A DNA stretch of 64,000 nucleotides from Candidatus Ozemobacteraceae bacterium. Lineage in GTDB: Bacteria; Muiribacteriota; Ozemobacteria; Ozemobacterales; Ozemobacteraceae. This document shows, in pieces, positions 48,544 through 58,792 of the stretch. The DNA lies in contig OZ223236.1 in assembly GCA_965140445.1 (NCBI GenBank), forward strand, positions 384,001-448,000. The letters are read 5' to 3'. Under the pieces are notes generated by a model, which was given only the letters and a program-made list of their open reading frames with translations, did no database searches and was not told the origin of the DNA. Made by a program: the position numbers and the translations under genes. Position 1 is the stretch's first letter. Each line of letters opens with the position of its first letter.

Positions 48544-49323
48544 TTAGTCATCAGATTTCTCATCTGGTTCTAATCGAGCATAATTTTTAATGCCTGCATT
48601 GCCAGAATCCGGATTTTTATCTTTGATATTTTTCATCTTTTCAATTAGAGAAAAAACGCTTACCAAAACCAGTTTATTAAACAATTTAAAAAACATCCAT
48701 AAAAAAACCAATAGAAAAACGGTAAAAACAACAAGAGCTGCAGGTCCTTTAAATAAGCGCTTAAACCGACTTTTAAGGATCTGAAACCTATAAGGGACTG
48801 ATTCCATGAACTCAAGTTTAGCTCTTTCCAGATGAAATTCTGCAAGCTTTTCAGATTTTTTCTTTAAAGATGATTCTAGCAGCACTTTATGAATTATTGG
48901 AGATTCATGGCTCTGCAAATAAATCCTGGCAGCCTTTTCAGCCTCTTTTTCATAACCTGTATACCAATAGCACTGGATAATGAATTCTTCTAATTCCGGT
49001 GAAAAAAAACGAAGTTTGTTTCTGAGTTGTATGGCTCGAATCAAACCAGCTTCTGTTGGCATCAATCCTACTATTTCTTTTAGCTCAGTTTGAATTTCAG
49101 CACTATTCATCTGCGATTCAGCTATTTTTTGGCTTTCCAGCTTTTTTTTATTCTGCAATCTTTGTGCAGCACGAATTTTTGCAGCAGCCGCTCTTTTTTG
49201 TTCAATTGTCTTTGCCGCAGCCTGTTCGCGTTGGAGCTTTCTCACAAAATCCGGATTTTTTGCACAGACAACCGTTGCCAATGAAAAAACAAAAATATAT
49301 AAAATTGCCAGGCCCCGGTTCAA
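48544..49323 (-). CDS. Hypothetical exported/membrane-anchored helical protein
   Basis: N-terminal signal, helical TPR-like core, C-terminal TM; GGGAG SD. Confidence 0.6.
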   Translation of the reverse strand: MNRGLAILYIFVFSLATVVCAKNPDFVRKLQREQAAAKTIEQKRAAAAKIRAAQRLQNKKKLESQKIAESQMNSAEIQTELKEIVGLMPTEAGLIRAIQLRNKLRFFSPELEEFIIQCYWYTGYEKEAEKAARIYLQSHESPIIHKVLLESSLKKKSEKLAEFHLERAKLEFMESVPYRFQILKSRFKRLFKGPAALVVFTVFLLVFLWMFFKLFNKLVLVSVFSLIEKMKNIKDKNPDSGNAGIKNYARLEPDEKSDD

Positions 49324-49456
49324 AACTCTACTCCCAGTTTTTATCGAAAAATTATGCTAACACAAAAATTCAAAAAGGTTACAAATTGATACGGAAAATA
49401 GTTAGGGGGGTAACAGAAAAACGTGAGAAAGGAACTAATGATTTTACAACAGGTGC

Positions 49457-50107
49457 CTAAAATTCAGTGTATTTAAAGAAATTTGCGTCGCTTTCGTAAT
49501 CTGTTCTTCGCCAATTAACGATTTTTAAAATTTTGCGAACCGAGTCAATGCTTATTTCAGCAATCATTTGAAATTTAAAAGTATTTTGAATTGTCCCGTC
49601 GGTTGCCCATTCCAGATAGTTGCCCTGCGATTTCACAAAAAATCGATTTGGATCAATGGCATTACTACCGTTATTTGCAGGAAAACTTATTGCTCTAAAT
49701 TGATATGGCTTATCTGCGGCATCATCAGTATCTAAAAAATCCATATCTTCATCTACAAAAATCCAGTCGGTATCAATAAGCCTACTATAATTTGCTTCGG
49801 TTTTATCAGATATTGTTCCCCAGATTGCATCAATATTGGTTTTATCATTAACGAGATATGGACGCTGCTTTTCAAATCCAGACTTAAAAGTCTCTCGAGT
49901 GGATTGCATAATAGCCACAGCGTATTCAATCCCACTGAAGGCAGCATCCATTGCTCGATCTGTGTAATCAATGGCTTCAACAACCTGACTTTCTGTCTGT
50001 ACAACTTTCATAAAAGCCATGGAAATACTCATCAGTAAACTAAGAATAACGACAGCTACCACAGTACCAACCATGCCAGATTTGTTTTTAAATTGTTTTA
50101 TTTTCAT
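49457..50107 (-). CDS. PilX/GspK-like minor pilin
   Basis: KSG|MVGTVVAVVILSLL lacking Glu+5; RAMDAAFSGIEYA resembles the PilX N-terminal motif. Confidence 0.65.
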   Translation of the reverse strand: MKIKQFKNKSGMVGTVVAVVILSLLMSISMAFMKVVQTESQVVEAIDYTDRAMDAAFSGIEYAVAIMQSTRETFKSGFEKQRPYLVNDKTNIDAIWGTISDKTEANYSRLIDTDWIFVDEDMDFLDTDDAADKPYQFRAISFPANNGSNAIDPNRFFVKSQGNYLEWATDGTIQNTFKFQMIAEISIDSVRKILKIVNWRRTDYESDANFFKYTEF

Positions 50108-50108
50108 A

Positions 50109-50705
50109 TCACCCACCTGGAACCAGAAAAGTAAAGGTTTGGCTTGCTACTGCTTCAAGTTCAAAGTCCCCGGTTAAATCATCCTGAACTTCTCTACCTA
50201 TTAAAAGATGCACTTTCAAGGTCTTTTCCGTTTCCCGATAAACCTTAAAATCCATAACTCTTCTGGCGATAACAGCATTATAATGTCTGGCAAAGAAAAT
50301 AGTATTAGCGGACAAGCCATCATCAATTCCAGTGTCATCAATTGTTTTACCAGCTCCAACAGCCTGGATTTTCTTAACCAGCACCTTATTTGGATCAACC
50401 ATGACAAGAAATTTAGCTTCTGTTTCCTGACCTTGTCGATTCTTAATATTATTTGCAAATATGATCGAATCCGATGCATTACCAACAAGTGGAGCTCCTA
50501 TTTCTGTAGTGCTTAACAGGTCTCGTTTAAGACATTCATAAACCATGCGGCTATAGTTGCTGGCATCCATTTTTTCCTGGCCTTTTTTCCATGCAATACC
50601 GCTGTAATTAACAAAATTAAGCATACCGAACATCATCATTGCCATCATCACTGTGGAAATGATCACCTCGATTAAAGTAAATCCCTTATTTTTACCAGGC
50701 AACAT
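50109..50705 (-). CDS. PilW/PulJ-like minor pilin
   Basis: KNKG|FTLIEVIIS class III signal; LKRDL motif. Confidence 0.8.
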   Translation of the reverse strand: MLPGKNKGFTLIEVIISTVMMAMMMFGMLNFVNYSGIAWKKGQEKMDASNYSRMVYECLKRDLLSTTEIGAPLVGNASDSIIFANNIKNRQGQETEAKFLVMVDPNKVLVKKIQAVGAGKTIDDTGIDDGLSANTIFFARHYNAVIARRVMDFKVYRETEKTLKVHLLIGREVQDDLTGDFELEAVASQTFTFLVPGG

Positions 50706-51351
50706 CGGTTTCATCCTCAAAATCGTCATCTTCGGGAGCACTATAGGATTCCGAGCTCATTACACCAAAGGCCCCTACATTAATTCTTATTGCAGCATTG
50801 CCATAAGAGAATACCAGATAATTCTCCCCTAATGGAAAAACGTTAGACTCAACAAGTAAACCAGAAGGATCACTTCTGGTAACTAAGGTTCCATCTGGCC
50901 AGAAAAAGATGCATCTGCGAAAGGGAGAACCGCTGTCTCTTATTAATTCCAGCCCAGGATCAATATCCACTTCTTCTTCAGAAAGAATTGATTTCCATTG
51001 ATCCGATTCATAATCTTCAACCTCTGCTGCAACCGCTGATACAGAACTAATTAGTATATCATTGTTTCCATCTTCATCGTCGCGTCTATAAGCCTGAACC
51101 TTATAATTTAGATAGTCCGGGCTAAAAATCAAACGATGGGGAGACTGATCTTTAAGGGCCTTGTATCTTGCCAATCTGATATCTTGGACCAGTCGCTGTG
51201 ACATTGCTCCTACACGTTGCCCAGCATAATAATTGTCTATTGCAGGCAAAACGACACTGCTGACAATTGAAATAATGGCCAGAACCGTCATAATCTCCAT
51301 GAGAGTATGGGCTGCTCTTGTGTTACTGAATTTATACCTAGTTGATATCAT
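50692..51351 (-). CDS. FimT/GspH-like minor pilin
   Basis: RAA|HTLMEIMTVLAIISIVSSVVLP; LVQDIRLARYKA; IFFWPDG. Confidence 0.72.
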   Translation of the reverse strand: MISTRYKFSNTRAAHTLMEIMTVLAIISIVSSVVLPAIDNYYAGQRVGAMSQRLVQDIRLARYKALKDQSPHRLIFSPDYLNYKVQAYRRDDEDGNNDILISSVSAVAAEVEDYESDQWKSILSEEEVDIDPGLELIRDSGSPFRRCIFFWPDGTLVTRSDPSGLLVESNVFPLGENYLVFSYGNAAIRINVGAFGVMSSESYSAPEDDDFEDETDVAW

Positions 51352-51366
51352 AATTTTTTGCAATCT

Positions 51367-54300
51367 TTATGGAGTATACCTTATAACTCTATTTCCGCCA
51401 CCTGCCGAGCTGCTTGTTGAGCCTCCAATTATATAAATATTAGGACCACAAGCGACCACTGCAGATTCAAATGTTCTGGCTGCTGTTGCCCCATTTGATT
51501 GATCCTGAGTATGTGGAATATCTTTCAAGCGTCGGACAGTATTTAATTCAGGATTCCATGCGGCAGCAGTGTTTATTGTCGTTCCACCAGAATTCTGGCC
51601 GCCGAAAATAAAAATTTCATCGCCCCAGGAACAAGCATCGAAACGAGATCGAACTAATAGATTTCCCGGATCAATTGGAGTAATTGTTGACCAGGTTCCC
51701 TGCTCCAAATCAAATACGTCTACTTCAGAGCGTGTAGTTGAACCTTCAATTCCACCAACTCGATAAACCTTTCCCTTATGATAAACGAGGCATTGCGCCC
51801 TGACTTTTCGAGGCATATCAGGTAAGCTTCTGGAGATTCCAAGAGAAAAGCTTGCCAGAGCTTCGTATTTGTGAATTCCTTGTGGCCAATAAATCATAGC
51901 TTTATCAGAATCATCCGACCCATCGTAACCGCCCGCAATCATAATTCCATAAGGAGTAAGGCAGGTCGCGCCTCTTTCAAGTTTGATTGCATTATTTTCA
52001 TCATCGGTGGTTTTGGTCATGTAAGGCTCTGTTACCCCACCTACAAAGTGAAATTCCATCTCTTCGACTTCAATATCGCTATCATAACTGGATTTGCAAA
52101 CCAGTTTATAATAATTGTAGGCTGTCGTATTTCCAACAGTGTAAGAGTGCCATGAAGCCGAGTCTGGGAGCACAGTGCTTGCATTTCCGTCAAGCGTTAA
52201 TGTATCCCATGCAGAGTTATCAAGGCTACCCTTAAATTCAATATCCTTTGGATTATCGTCACTACTAGGGTAAATTTTTAATAGGTTAACCACGGTTGGA
52301 GTGCTAAAGTGATATGAAACCCACTCGTAGTTTGGAGATCCGTCCATATGTCCTCCAGTATCCCACTCGTGATCAGTTCCTAAGTCGCCATCAAAAACTT
52401 CCCAGGCACGCTCTCCCATAACAATTTGCTCATGACTACAATCAATATCAGAAGTATCACCAGTTAAGGTCGGAGAAACTTTACCTGTAGCGTTAAAGTC
52501 TGCAGACGATTTATCTATACCTGTTTTGGGATTAAGTTTCTGAACCCAATCTGTTATACCAGAGCTAACTTGGCCATTGAAAGCGTATAACTCACCATCA
52601 TAAGCCACTACAGAATGAAGTTTCACGCCTTTATTCAAAGCCCCGGTTGTCGTAGGGTCAGCCCCGGCCAGGTTAGCAACTCCCCAGGCTCCATTACGCA
52701 AAGTAGGATTTGCTGCGTATTCGGATCCGCCTAGAACGTAAATACCACCGTCACTAACAGCTGCATTTTGTGCTCCCGCAAAATTAGTCGGCAAGGTGTT
52801 TGGCAAAATCTCATAATTATCGCCGATATTTTTTAAGTAACCAGGTCTAACCGCAAAGCATTTTGGTTTAGTTGCCCCAAGACTGATAGAAAACTTTTCA
52901 TCTAAATAGGTTGAGCTATTGCTAATATCCCGGATTATGATTTTTTTGCCGTCTGTATCTCCGTAAATGAGTGAACTATTATCAGGTGAAACAGCGAATG
53001 AGCCTTCAAGAAAATCAACAGTGGATACTGCTCTTGTTACAAATGGACTTCCAACTTTGTAATAATGGATTTTATCGCCGTTAGACGTAAAAACAAACAA
53101 AGTCGGACTTGCTGTGTCTCTATTCCAGGTCAAATGAGTTTCTGCGGGGGTGTTGCCTGCAAAATCCTGGTGGAACATCAGTTGTGGTCTGAATCTAAAG
53201 GCGGTTGTTTCATTGTTGGTGATTTTTTCAAAAGTTGAGCCGCCGCTACAGGTACAGGCTTTCAGAGTACAACTACCACCAGCAGGAGTAGTAGCTTTCG
53301 TAAAGTTTGACGAATTTGTTCCCGGTTTCCACCAATCGCCAGGATTCACTAAATGGGTTTCTGCTGAACTGGAAGAAAAAATCCCCATACCCAAGTTTGA
53401 ATCTCCGGTGGACGAATTTTCTACTTGAAGAAATTTTGTTTGATTTGCTATGAGCGAAAAGGTTGTTGGATCAGGGTTGTTCGCACCATCAACCTTTGGA
53501 CTATAAGCCTTTTGATGATCGTTTCCACCAGCCCAATTCAAACTTTTGTCAATAAAACCTGTATAGTCAAGGTTACTCAGATAAAATCTCCCACCATCCC
53601 TAACCATAAAACCTATGCCATTTACTGCAGATGTGGGACTGTAATAACCGAAAAATCGCGAAGAATTCAAAGTATATTGCCCAGAAGAATCTTTGTAGTA
53701 ATTGGCAGGATTACTTTTAAAGTTAGCTTCCCAGGCGTTATCAGTTAAAGAAGTAAAAGCATCTCTAAGCTTATTATGTGGTCGACCTGCAGTTCTTTCT
53801 TTAAAAGAAGTGTCAAAATCAAAAGTTGCATCCTGGCCAACGTATGTAGAAGTATCATTTCCGGCTTGTCTATAATCAAGAATCATCCCGTTAATTTGCG
53901 TTCTAAAACCAAAATTCTGGGAGTTAAACTCATAAATAGCAACCTTACTATCTGGAGATGTACCTAAGCATGTAATAGCAAGAAGGCTATCATCAGGACT
54001 AATAGCAATTTCAGTAGCATTCGGCGGAGGGAAATTATCTCTAGTACTATTCCAGCGAGCAAATCTCTCATAATGGCCAGAATCTCTTCCCGCGGTTGAT
54101 TTCTCATGAACGCCGACCCAATCTAGAATAGTTTCGCCAGAATATGTATTTTTTACTAATGCTAAGAATCCACCCTTATTTAGAGCTTTAATGTCTTGAA
54201 CAACCCAGGTTCCAGCGGTGAAATCTACATCTTTCGCAGCTCTAAAGTCAGGGGGAGGTGAGCCAGGAATCGGAGTTTCAGGGGCCCAATAACCATTGAA

Positions 54301-56298
54301 TATGTTGTTTGAGGCGTGAATCTCTTTGGTTAAAAAATGATCGTTAAAATTATCTGTGGCAAGAAACTTGACGCCATGTATGTTTGCAGCCCCCTGGTTT
54401 GGATTAATAACCGTTTGATTCGCAAAGGTTTTGTAAGTATCCATACCAGCTCTGGCGGCTCCAAAACCCAACTTAAACCTATCACCCTGAGGGCTTATAT
54501 CAATACATTCCGGAGTATCCGTCAAACCTGACAACTCAAGACTCTCATTAAGCTTACCTGTATTAAGATCAATATACTTAACAGAATTATCGTCACAACC
54601 AACAAGCAAATATTCTGGACGGCGAGCGGCTATGTCAGCGATATAATCCTTGTCTGCAGACACCTGAATTAAGTTTTCTGTGGAAAGTCCCGTATCTACA
54701 TCACCTGCTAAGATAGCCGTAACAGAAGCCACACATAAATAGCTGTCCTCTGAGAAAAAAACAATATGATCGTCATTAGGTGCGGCAATTCCCTGCAAAA
54801 CCTTTTGTTTTGCAGGGCCAGGATATACGTGGGGAAGCGTGGTATTAAATCCTGGTGTAGTTGCAAAATTGGTAGTTGCAAGATCAAGCAAAAAGAATCC
54901 GCCTAAATTCGTAGCGTCTTTTGTATCATTAAATGCCAAATACTTTGAATCGCGTGTTATAAACATATCCGATGGCTTCTCATTCAAAGTAACAGTAGCC
55001 TTGCCCAAATATTGTAGATCTCTGGATCGATATTTTAAAATACTTGCTGGATCTTTCTTTTCATCAACAACGTAAAAATACTGTCCTGCTATGTCAGGAG
55101 CAACAGCTACAGGGTGTGCACCCACATTGCCACTAACGTCAACAAACTGTTTAACAGGGCTAGAAGGGTTAATGGGATACATCTGAGTTCTAATGACCAT
55201 ATCAGCGTCTTTATCAACAACATATAGCCAGCCATCATTTCCAGCAATCATATCTCTAGGTTTATCGGAAGCTCCAGAATAAGTAAAATCAAATTTGGGA
55301 GTATAGGTTAGGGGCCAGGTTATGGGATCTGTTTCCCAGCCAGTTACAAAACTTCCGTGGATTTTTTTATCCGTATGATTTGTGAAATATAGATTTTTGC
55401 CGTCGGGGCTAAATGTAATTCCGCGATCCTCACGTGCCTTTTCTCCATCATCTTTTTTCACATCAGCAATTTTTGAAGCAAAAGTAGCTATTTCTGCCAC
55501 CTTGCCATAGTCTGAGCTAGTTCTATCAAGATTTAAAACTCGTAAATTCTTTTCAGATTGAATACCGAGAAACTTATTCGAAGGATGAATTTCTATATTC
55601 CAAGGACGATTCAGGTTTTGTGCATCATCATCATAAGGTTTTGATGTATCTATTTTAGGAAACTGAAAGCTTTCAACCAACGTTTTAGATTCTGGATCAA
55701 ACAGATTAACTGATAGGTTTGATGATTCGCAAATATAGATGTATTCATCAGAAAATCGAGGCACCGAAACTAACGAAAAGTAACTAATTGAGTCTGTAGC
55801 AACAACATTTTCATTGGCTTGAATTTCAGTTTTTACAACAACTGCTTTCAGACCAGAAACATTGTTCTTATAATCATTGGGAATAACAATTGCGCCATTT
55901 GTGTTTTCAAGCTTGAGCTGATCTCTAACTTCAACTTCTGTTTTAAAAATGTAAATGAGTTCGGTAACAGTTGAAATTGCCAAAAAGTCTGCCGGCGCTG
56001 AAGCTGAGTCTAATGATAATTCCTGAGGCGGATTATGATCGTCAAGGTAGACGTAATGATATTCGATCTGGTTAGAAACTTTTTCGAGGTCGAACCCGGC
56101 ATTGGCGACTTCTTTATTCAGCCTCGACCTGGCGAGCATTCTAAGTTTTTCTCTGTAATTATAGGTCTGGCTTCTGGAGAGGCTGTTTTGAAGGGTTCCA
56201 ACAATAGGAACCAAACAATAGCCGGTAATAATAATTACAACAAGAGCCTCTGGTAGTGTAAAAGCCCGCTTTTTTAAAAATTCAAAAAACTTTTTCAT
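51367..56298 (-). CDS. Prepilin-type N-terminus fused to beta-propeller, F5/8-type-C-like and Kelch domains
   Basis: KKRA|FTLPEALVVIII; YVTN/WD-like repeats (ITFSPDGKNLY, DISPQGD, AISPDD); WEVFDG..EWVSY..FKGSLD..W; Kelch motifs (KVYRVGG, EIFIFGG, NIYIIGG). Confidence 0.8.
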   Translation of the reverse strand: MKKFFEFLKKRAFTLPEALVVIIITGYCLVPIVGTLQNSLSRSQTYNYREKLRMLARSRLNKEVANAGFDLEKVSNQIEYHYVYLDDHNPPQELSLDSASAPADFLAISTVTELIYIFKTEVEVRDQLKLENTNGAIVIPNDYKNNVSGLKAVVVKTEIQANENVVATDSISYFSLVSVPRFSDEYIYICESSNLSVNLFDPESKTLVESFQFPKIDTSKPYDDDAQNLNRPWNIEIHPSNKFLGIQSEKNLRVLNLDRTSSDYGKVAEIATFASKIADVKKDDGEKAREDRGITFSPDGKNLYFTNHTDKKIHGSFVTGWETDPITWPLTYTPKFDFTYSGASDKPRDMIAGNDGWLYVVDKDADMVIRTQMYPINPSSPVKQFVDVSGNVGAHPVAVAPDIAGQYFYVVDEKKDPASILKYRSRDLQYLGKATVTLNEKPSDMFITRDSKYLAFNDTKDATNLGGFFLLDLATTNFATTPGFNTTLPHVYPGPAKQKVLQGIAAPNDDHIVFFSEDSYLCVASVTAILAGDVDTGLSTENLIQVSADKDYIADIAARRPEYLLVGCDDNSVKYIDLNTGKLNESLELSGLTDTPECIDISPQGDRFKLGFGAARAGMDTYKTFANQTVINPNQGAANIHGVKFLATDNFNDHFLTKEIHASNNIFNGYWAPETPIPGSPPPDFRAAKDVDFTAGTWVVQDIKALNKGGFLALVKNTYSGETILDWVGVHEKSTAGRDSGHYERFARWNSTRDNFPPPNATEIAISPDDSLLAITCLGTSPDSKVAIYEFNSQNFGFRTQINGMILDYRQAGNDTSTYVGQDATFDFDTSFKERTAGRPHNKLRDAFTSLTDNAWEANFKSNPANYYKDSSGQYTLNSSRFFGYYSPTSAVNGIGFMVRDGGRFYLSNLDYTGFIDKSLNWAGGNDHQKAYSPKVDGANNPDPTTFSLIANQTKFLQVENSSTGDSNLGMGIFSSSSAETHLVNPGDWWKPGTNSSNFTKATTPAGGSCTLKACTCSGGSTFEKITNNETTAFRFRPQLMFHQDFAGNTPAETHLTWNRDTASPTLFVFTSNGDKIHYYKVGSPFVTRAVSTVDFLEGSFAVSPDNSSLIYGDTDGKKIIIRDISNSSTYLDEKFSISLGATKPKCFAVRPGYLKNIGDNYEILPNTLPTNFAGAQNAAVSDGGIYVLGGSEYAANPTLRNGAWGVANLAGADPTTTGALNKGVKLHSVVAYDGELYAFNGQVSSGITDWVQKLNPKTGIDKSSADFNATGKVSPTLTGDTSDIDCSHEQIVMGERAWEVFDGDLGTDHEWDTGGHMDGSPNYEWVSYHFSTPTVVNLLKIYPSSDDNPKDIEFKGSLDNSAWDTLTLDGNASTVLPDSASWHSYTVGNTTAYNYYKLVCKSSYDSDIEVEEMEFHFVGGVTEPYMTKTTDDENNAIKLERGATCLTPYGIMIAGGYDGSDDSDKAMIYWPQGIHKYEALASFSLGISRSLPDMPRKVRAQCLVYHKGKVYRVGGIEGSTTRSEVDVFDLEQGTWSTITPIDPGNLLVRSRFDACSWGDEIFIFGGQNSGGTTINTAAAWNPELNTVRRLKDIPHTQDQSNGATAARTFESAVVACGPNIYIIGGSTSSSAGGGNRVIRYTP

Positions 56299-56505
56299 AT
56301 TTCTACTCCCGACCAGATTAACTTAAACCCTTGTAAATCTTATCTCTGCTTTAATTTTAACACGGAAAATCTATGTACGCAGCATGCAAAAAGTCTTTAC
56401 AAATTCGCAACCCGCTTGAATCAGGCTCTAGCCTCATCAATATGGGCTTTCTAATTGATTAAGAGACTTGTCTGACATTTTTTTTACAAAAACCAAAAAA
56501 TCAGA

Positions 56506-57300
56506 CTACTTTTTCATGAGAAAAAGAACAGTAGTCCATGGTCTGATCAATGTTCCGCCATTGCCATCAATGATTGCGGTAATTTTTGCGAATAGCTCTT
56601 CTCGTATTTCCTGGACCAGAATAATGTGATCAGAGTAAGTGCTTAGGAGTCTGAGATATTCTGAGGAAGTAAATTCCTTTTCCCATGGGAACTTGTGAAT
56701 CGAAATTTTCCCAAATAACTTGGTGTTAGAAATTTGGTCCAGCCGATCGTTTATAAGATTTGTCATATTTTTTTCGGAACGCTCTTTAGCCATTTCGGGA
56801 ACAATTTGCCTATAAGCATCTCCTATGCTCTCCCAAACCTTTCCCTCAACATCTGGAAACATGTTCCAGAATAAAGCAAAGCTGCCCTTAGAGCGCATTA
56901 TGTTTGCAACCTTTGGAAATCCTATATCAGGGTTTACCCAATGAAAGGCGCTTCCAGAATAGACAAGATCGAAGGTTCTCTCTTCAGGCTCCCAGGCTTC
57001 AAAAGTACTTTCCTCAAAAATCAAATCTACTGAATTACCATAAGTTTTTTGAGCCACTTCTAACAAATTCTTTCCCGGGTCAATTCCGATTATATTGTAA
57101 TTTTTCCCATGAAACAGTTTTGTGGCCTGTCCAGGACCCACACCTATTTCAAGGAGATCTGAACCTTTTTTCAGCTTTGCTTCAAGTTCAATAAATTGCC
57201 CCAGCTCTATCGGGTATCCCGGTCTAAATTTTTCGTAATCTGCAGCAATTGTATCAAAGGCTCCAGCTCTTTCTTTTTCTTTATGCATATTATTAAGCAT
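56506..57300 (-). CDS. Class I SAM-dependent methyltransferase
   Basis: YEKFRPGYP, LLEIGVGPGQAT and FDLVYSGSAFHW motifs. Confidence 0.9.
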   Translation of the reverse strand: MLNNMHKEKERAGAFDTIAADYEKFRPGYPIELGQFIELEAKLKKGSDLLEIGVGPGQATKLFHGKNYNIIGIDPGKNLLEVAQKTYGNSVDLIFEESTFEAWEPEERTFDLVYSGSAFHWVNPDIGFPKVANIMRSKGSFALFWNMFPDVEGKVWESIGDAYRQIVPEMAKERSEKNMTNLINDRLDQISNTKLFGKISIHKFPWEKEFTSSEYLRLLSTYSDHIILVQEIREELFAKITAIIDGNGGTLIRPWTTVLFLMKK

Positions 57301-57387
57301 CGCAATTCCCTTTTTATGGTTTCTAAAATTGAATCTCCCGCAATTCAACTATCGAATTACGGGAGAGTATTAAAAAGATTCAATTTA

Positions 57388-58131
57388 CTATTTTGCACGA
57401 CCGGTCATGTCAAATCGCCAGACCGGAACCTTTTCATATACGTTTTTTGTAGCATTGTTAATTGAAACATCTTTAAGATTTTCGCTTTTGTAAAGAGCCT
57501 CACCCAAACCAGAGATAGAATTTAAATCAAAAGCATATCCAGTCATCTGAACACGTTGGTCGCTATCAATTCGTAAATTAGTGAGCCAATTGTTTTCCGC
57601 AGTTTTTTCTGCTTTCCCTATGCCTCTTTTAATTTGCGGAGTAAAACAGGTATTTTTCAACACAGCATCGAAAACCTGTATAAGTTTTTTTCCTCTATTA
57701 ACCAATTTAGAATCTTCAGGAAAAGAGCCTGTGTAGAGTTTGCTTAATAATGTAATAGTAAGAATCGGAGCGCCATCTTTTTGAGTTTCCGCACTAACTG
57801 AAACATTGGCCGCCAAATTCACAATTTTGTCGCCATCTTCATCGTAGCTATCAATCTTGCGTAAAGCTTTTAAAATCTGGTCGGCTGGGGCTGAAATAGC
57901 TGTTTCAAATGGAATTTCCAGCCACTTTTCTGTTTTGATTACAGGAGAAATTCTTAAGCTCTGAAATCTCACATTATCTATAGAAAAAGCATCATTAAAA
58001 CAAGCAATAGCAGAGCTAACTTTTTTAAACTCAGCTAATCCAGAGTGCGCTTCCGAGGCTTGAGCCATTGCTACCGAAGAACCTAAAATCAATGCTCCAA
58101 GCACACATAAAATATAAATAGTTCTGCGCAT
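57388..58131 (-). CDS. Exported protein with C-terminal PilN-like domain
   Basis: Signal peptide after GGAGG; WLTNLRI..VQMTGYA..ISGLGEALYKS..KDV..F pattern. Confidence 0.6.
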   Translation of the reverse strand: MRRTIYILCVLGALILGSSVAMAQASEAHSGLAEFKKVSSAIACFNDAFSIDNVRFQSLRISPVIKTEKWLEIPFETAISAPADQILKALRKIDSYDEDGDKIVNLAANVSVSAETQKDGAPILTITLLSKLYTGSFPEDSKLVNRGKKLIQVFDAVLKNTCFTPQIKRGIGKAEKTAENNWLTNLRIDSDQRVQMTGYAFDLNSISGLGEALYKSENLKDVSINNATKNVYEKVPVWRFDMTGRAK

Positions 58132-58247
58132 GAAATTTCCTCCTCCGCCTGGTTTTACAGATATTTTAGCAGAATTAGTTTGAAGCCTCAATATGGCAAA
58201 TGCAAACAGCCATGATCAATTTATTAACTTTGCTTCAAATGAAACAT

Positions 58248-58760
58248 TCATTTTTTTTCTGTTGCTAAAATATATGAATATTGCGCATTTAAAAGAGCAT
58301 CAGAAGGAAAAAAGTTAAGAATGTAAATTAAAGCTGTTTTTGCTTCTGCATACTTACTTTGAGCTGTCAGAGCCTTAGAAAGATACAAAGCCCCGTAATA
58401 ATTTATAGGATCAATGGCTAGAATTTCCCGACAATGGGTTTCAGCCTGCTGAAAGTCCATTTTCGCCATGCAGATGTGATACAAGCCCATTCTTGGCTCA
58501 AAGGACCACCTATTTTTTTTCAAAGCCTTTTCATAATGAAAGATTGCGTTAGCATGTTTTCCGACAAGATAATAATTCCAGCCTAATTGGGCATTTAGAA
58601 AATAATCATCTGGATACTTTTCTATTTTTTTCAGCAGCTCAGTAATCGCTCTTTCAGTTGCATTCTGCTTCGCCTGAGAAATTTCCTGTGCAAAGCATGG
58701 GATTACAGACATGCTGAAACTTATAGCTACAATAAAAAATGCCATTCTGAGTAATTTCAT
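58248..58760 (-). CDS. Secreted TPR protein
   Basis: Signal peptide; LGWNYY..AIFHYEKAL and ILAIDPINYYG. Confidence 0.8.
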   Translation of the reverse strand: MKLLRMAFFIVAISFSMSVIPCFAQEISQAKQNATERAITELLKKIEKYPDDYFLNAQLGWNYYLVGKHANAIFHYEKALKKNRWSFEPRMGLYHICMAKMDFQQAETHCREILAIDPINYYGALYLSKALTAQSKYAEAKTALIYILNFFPSDALLNAQYSYILATEKK

Positions 58761-58792
58761 ATTTTCCCCCACAAATTTCTGACAGCAATACC

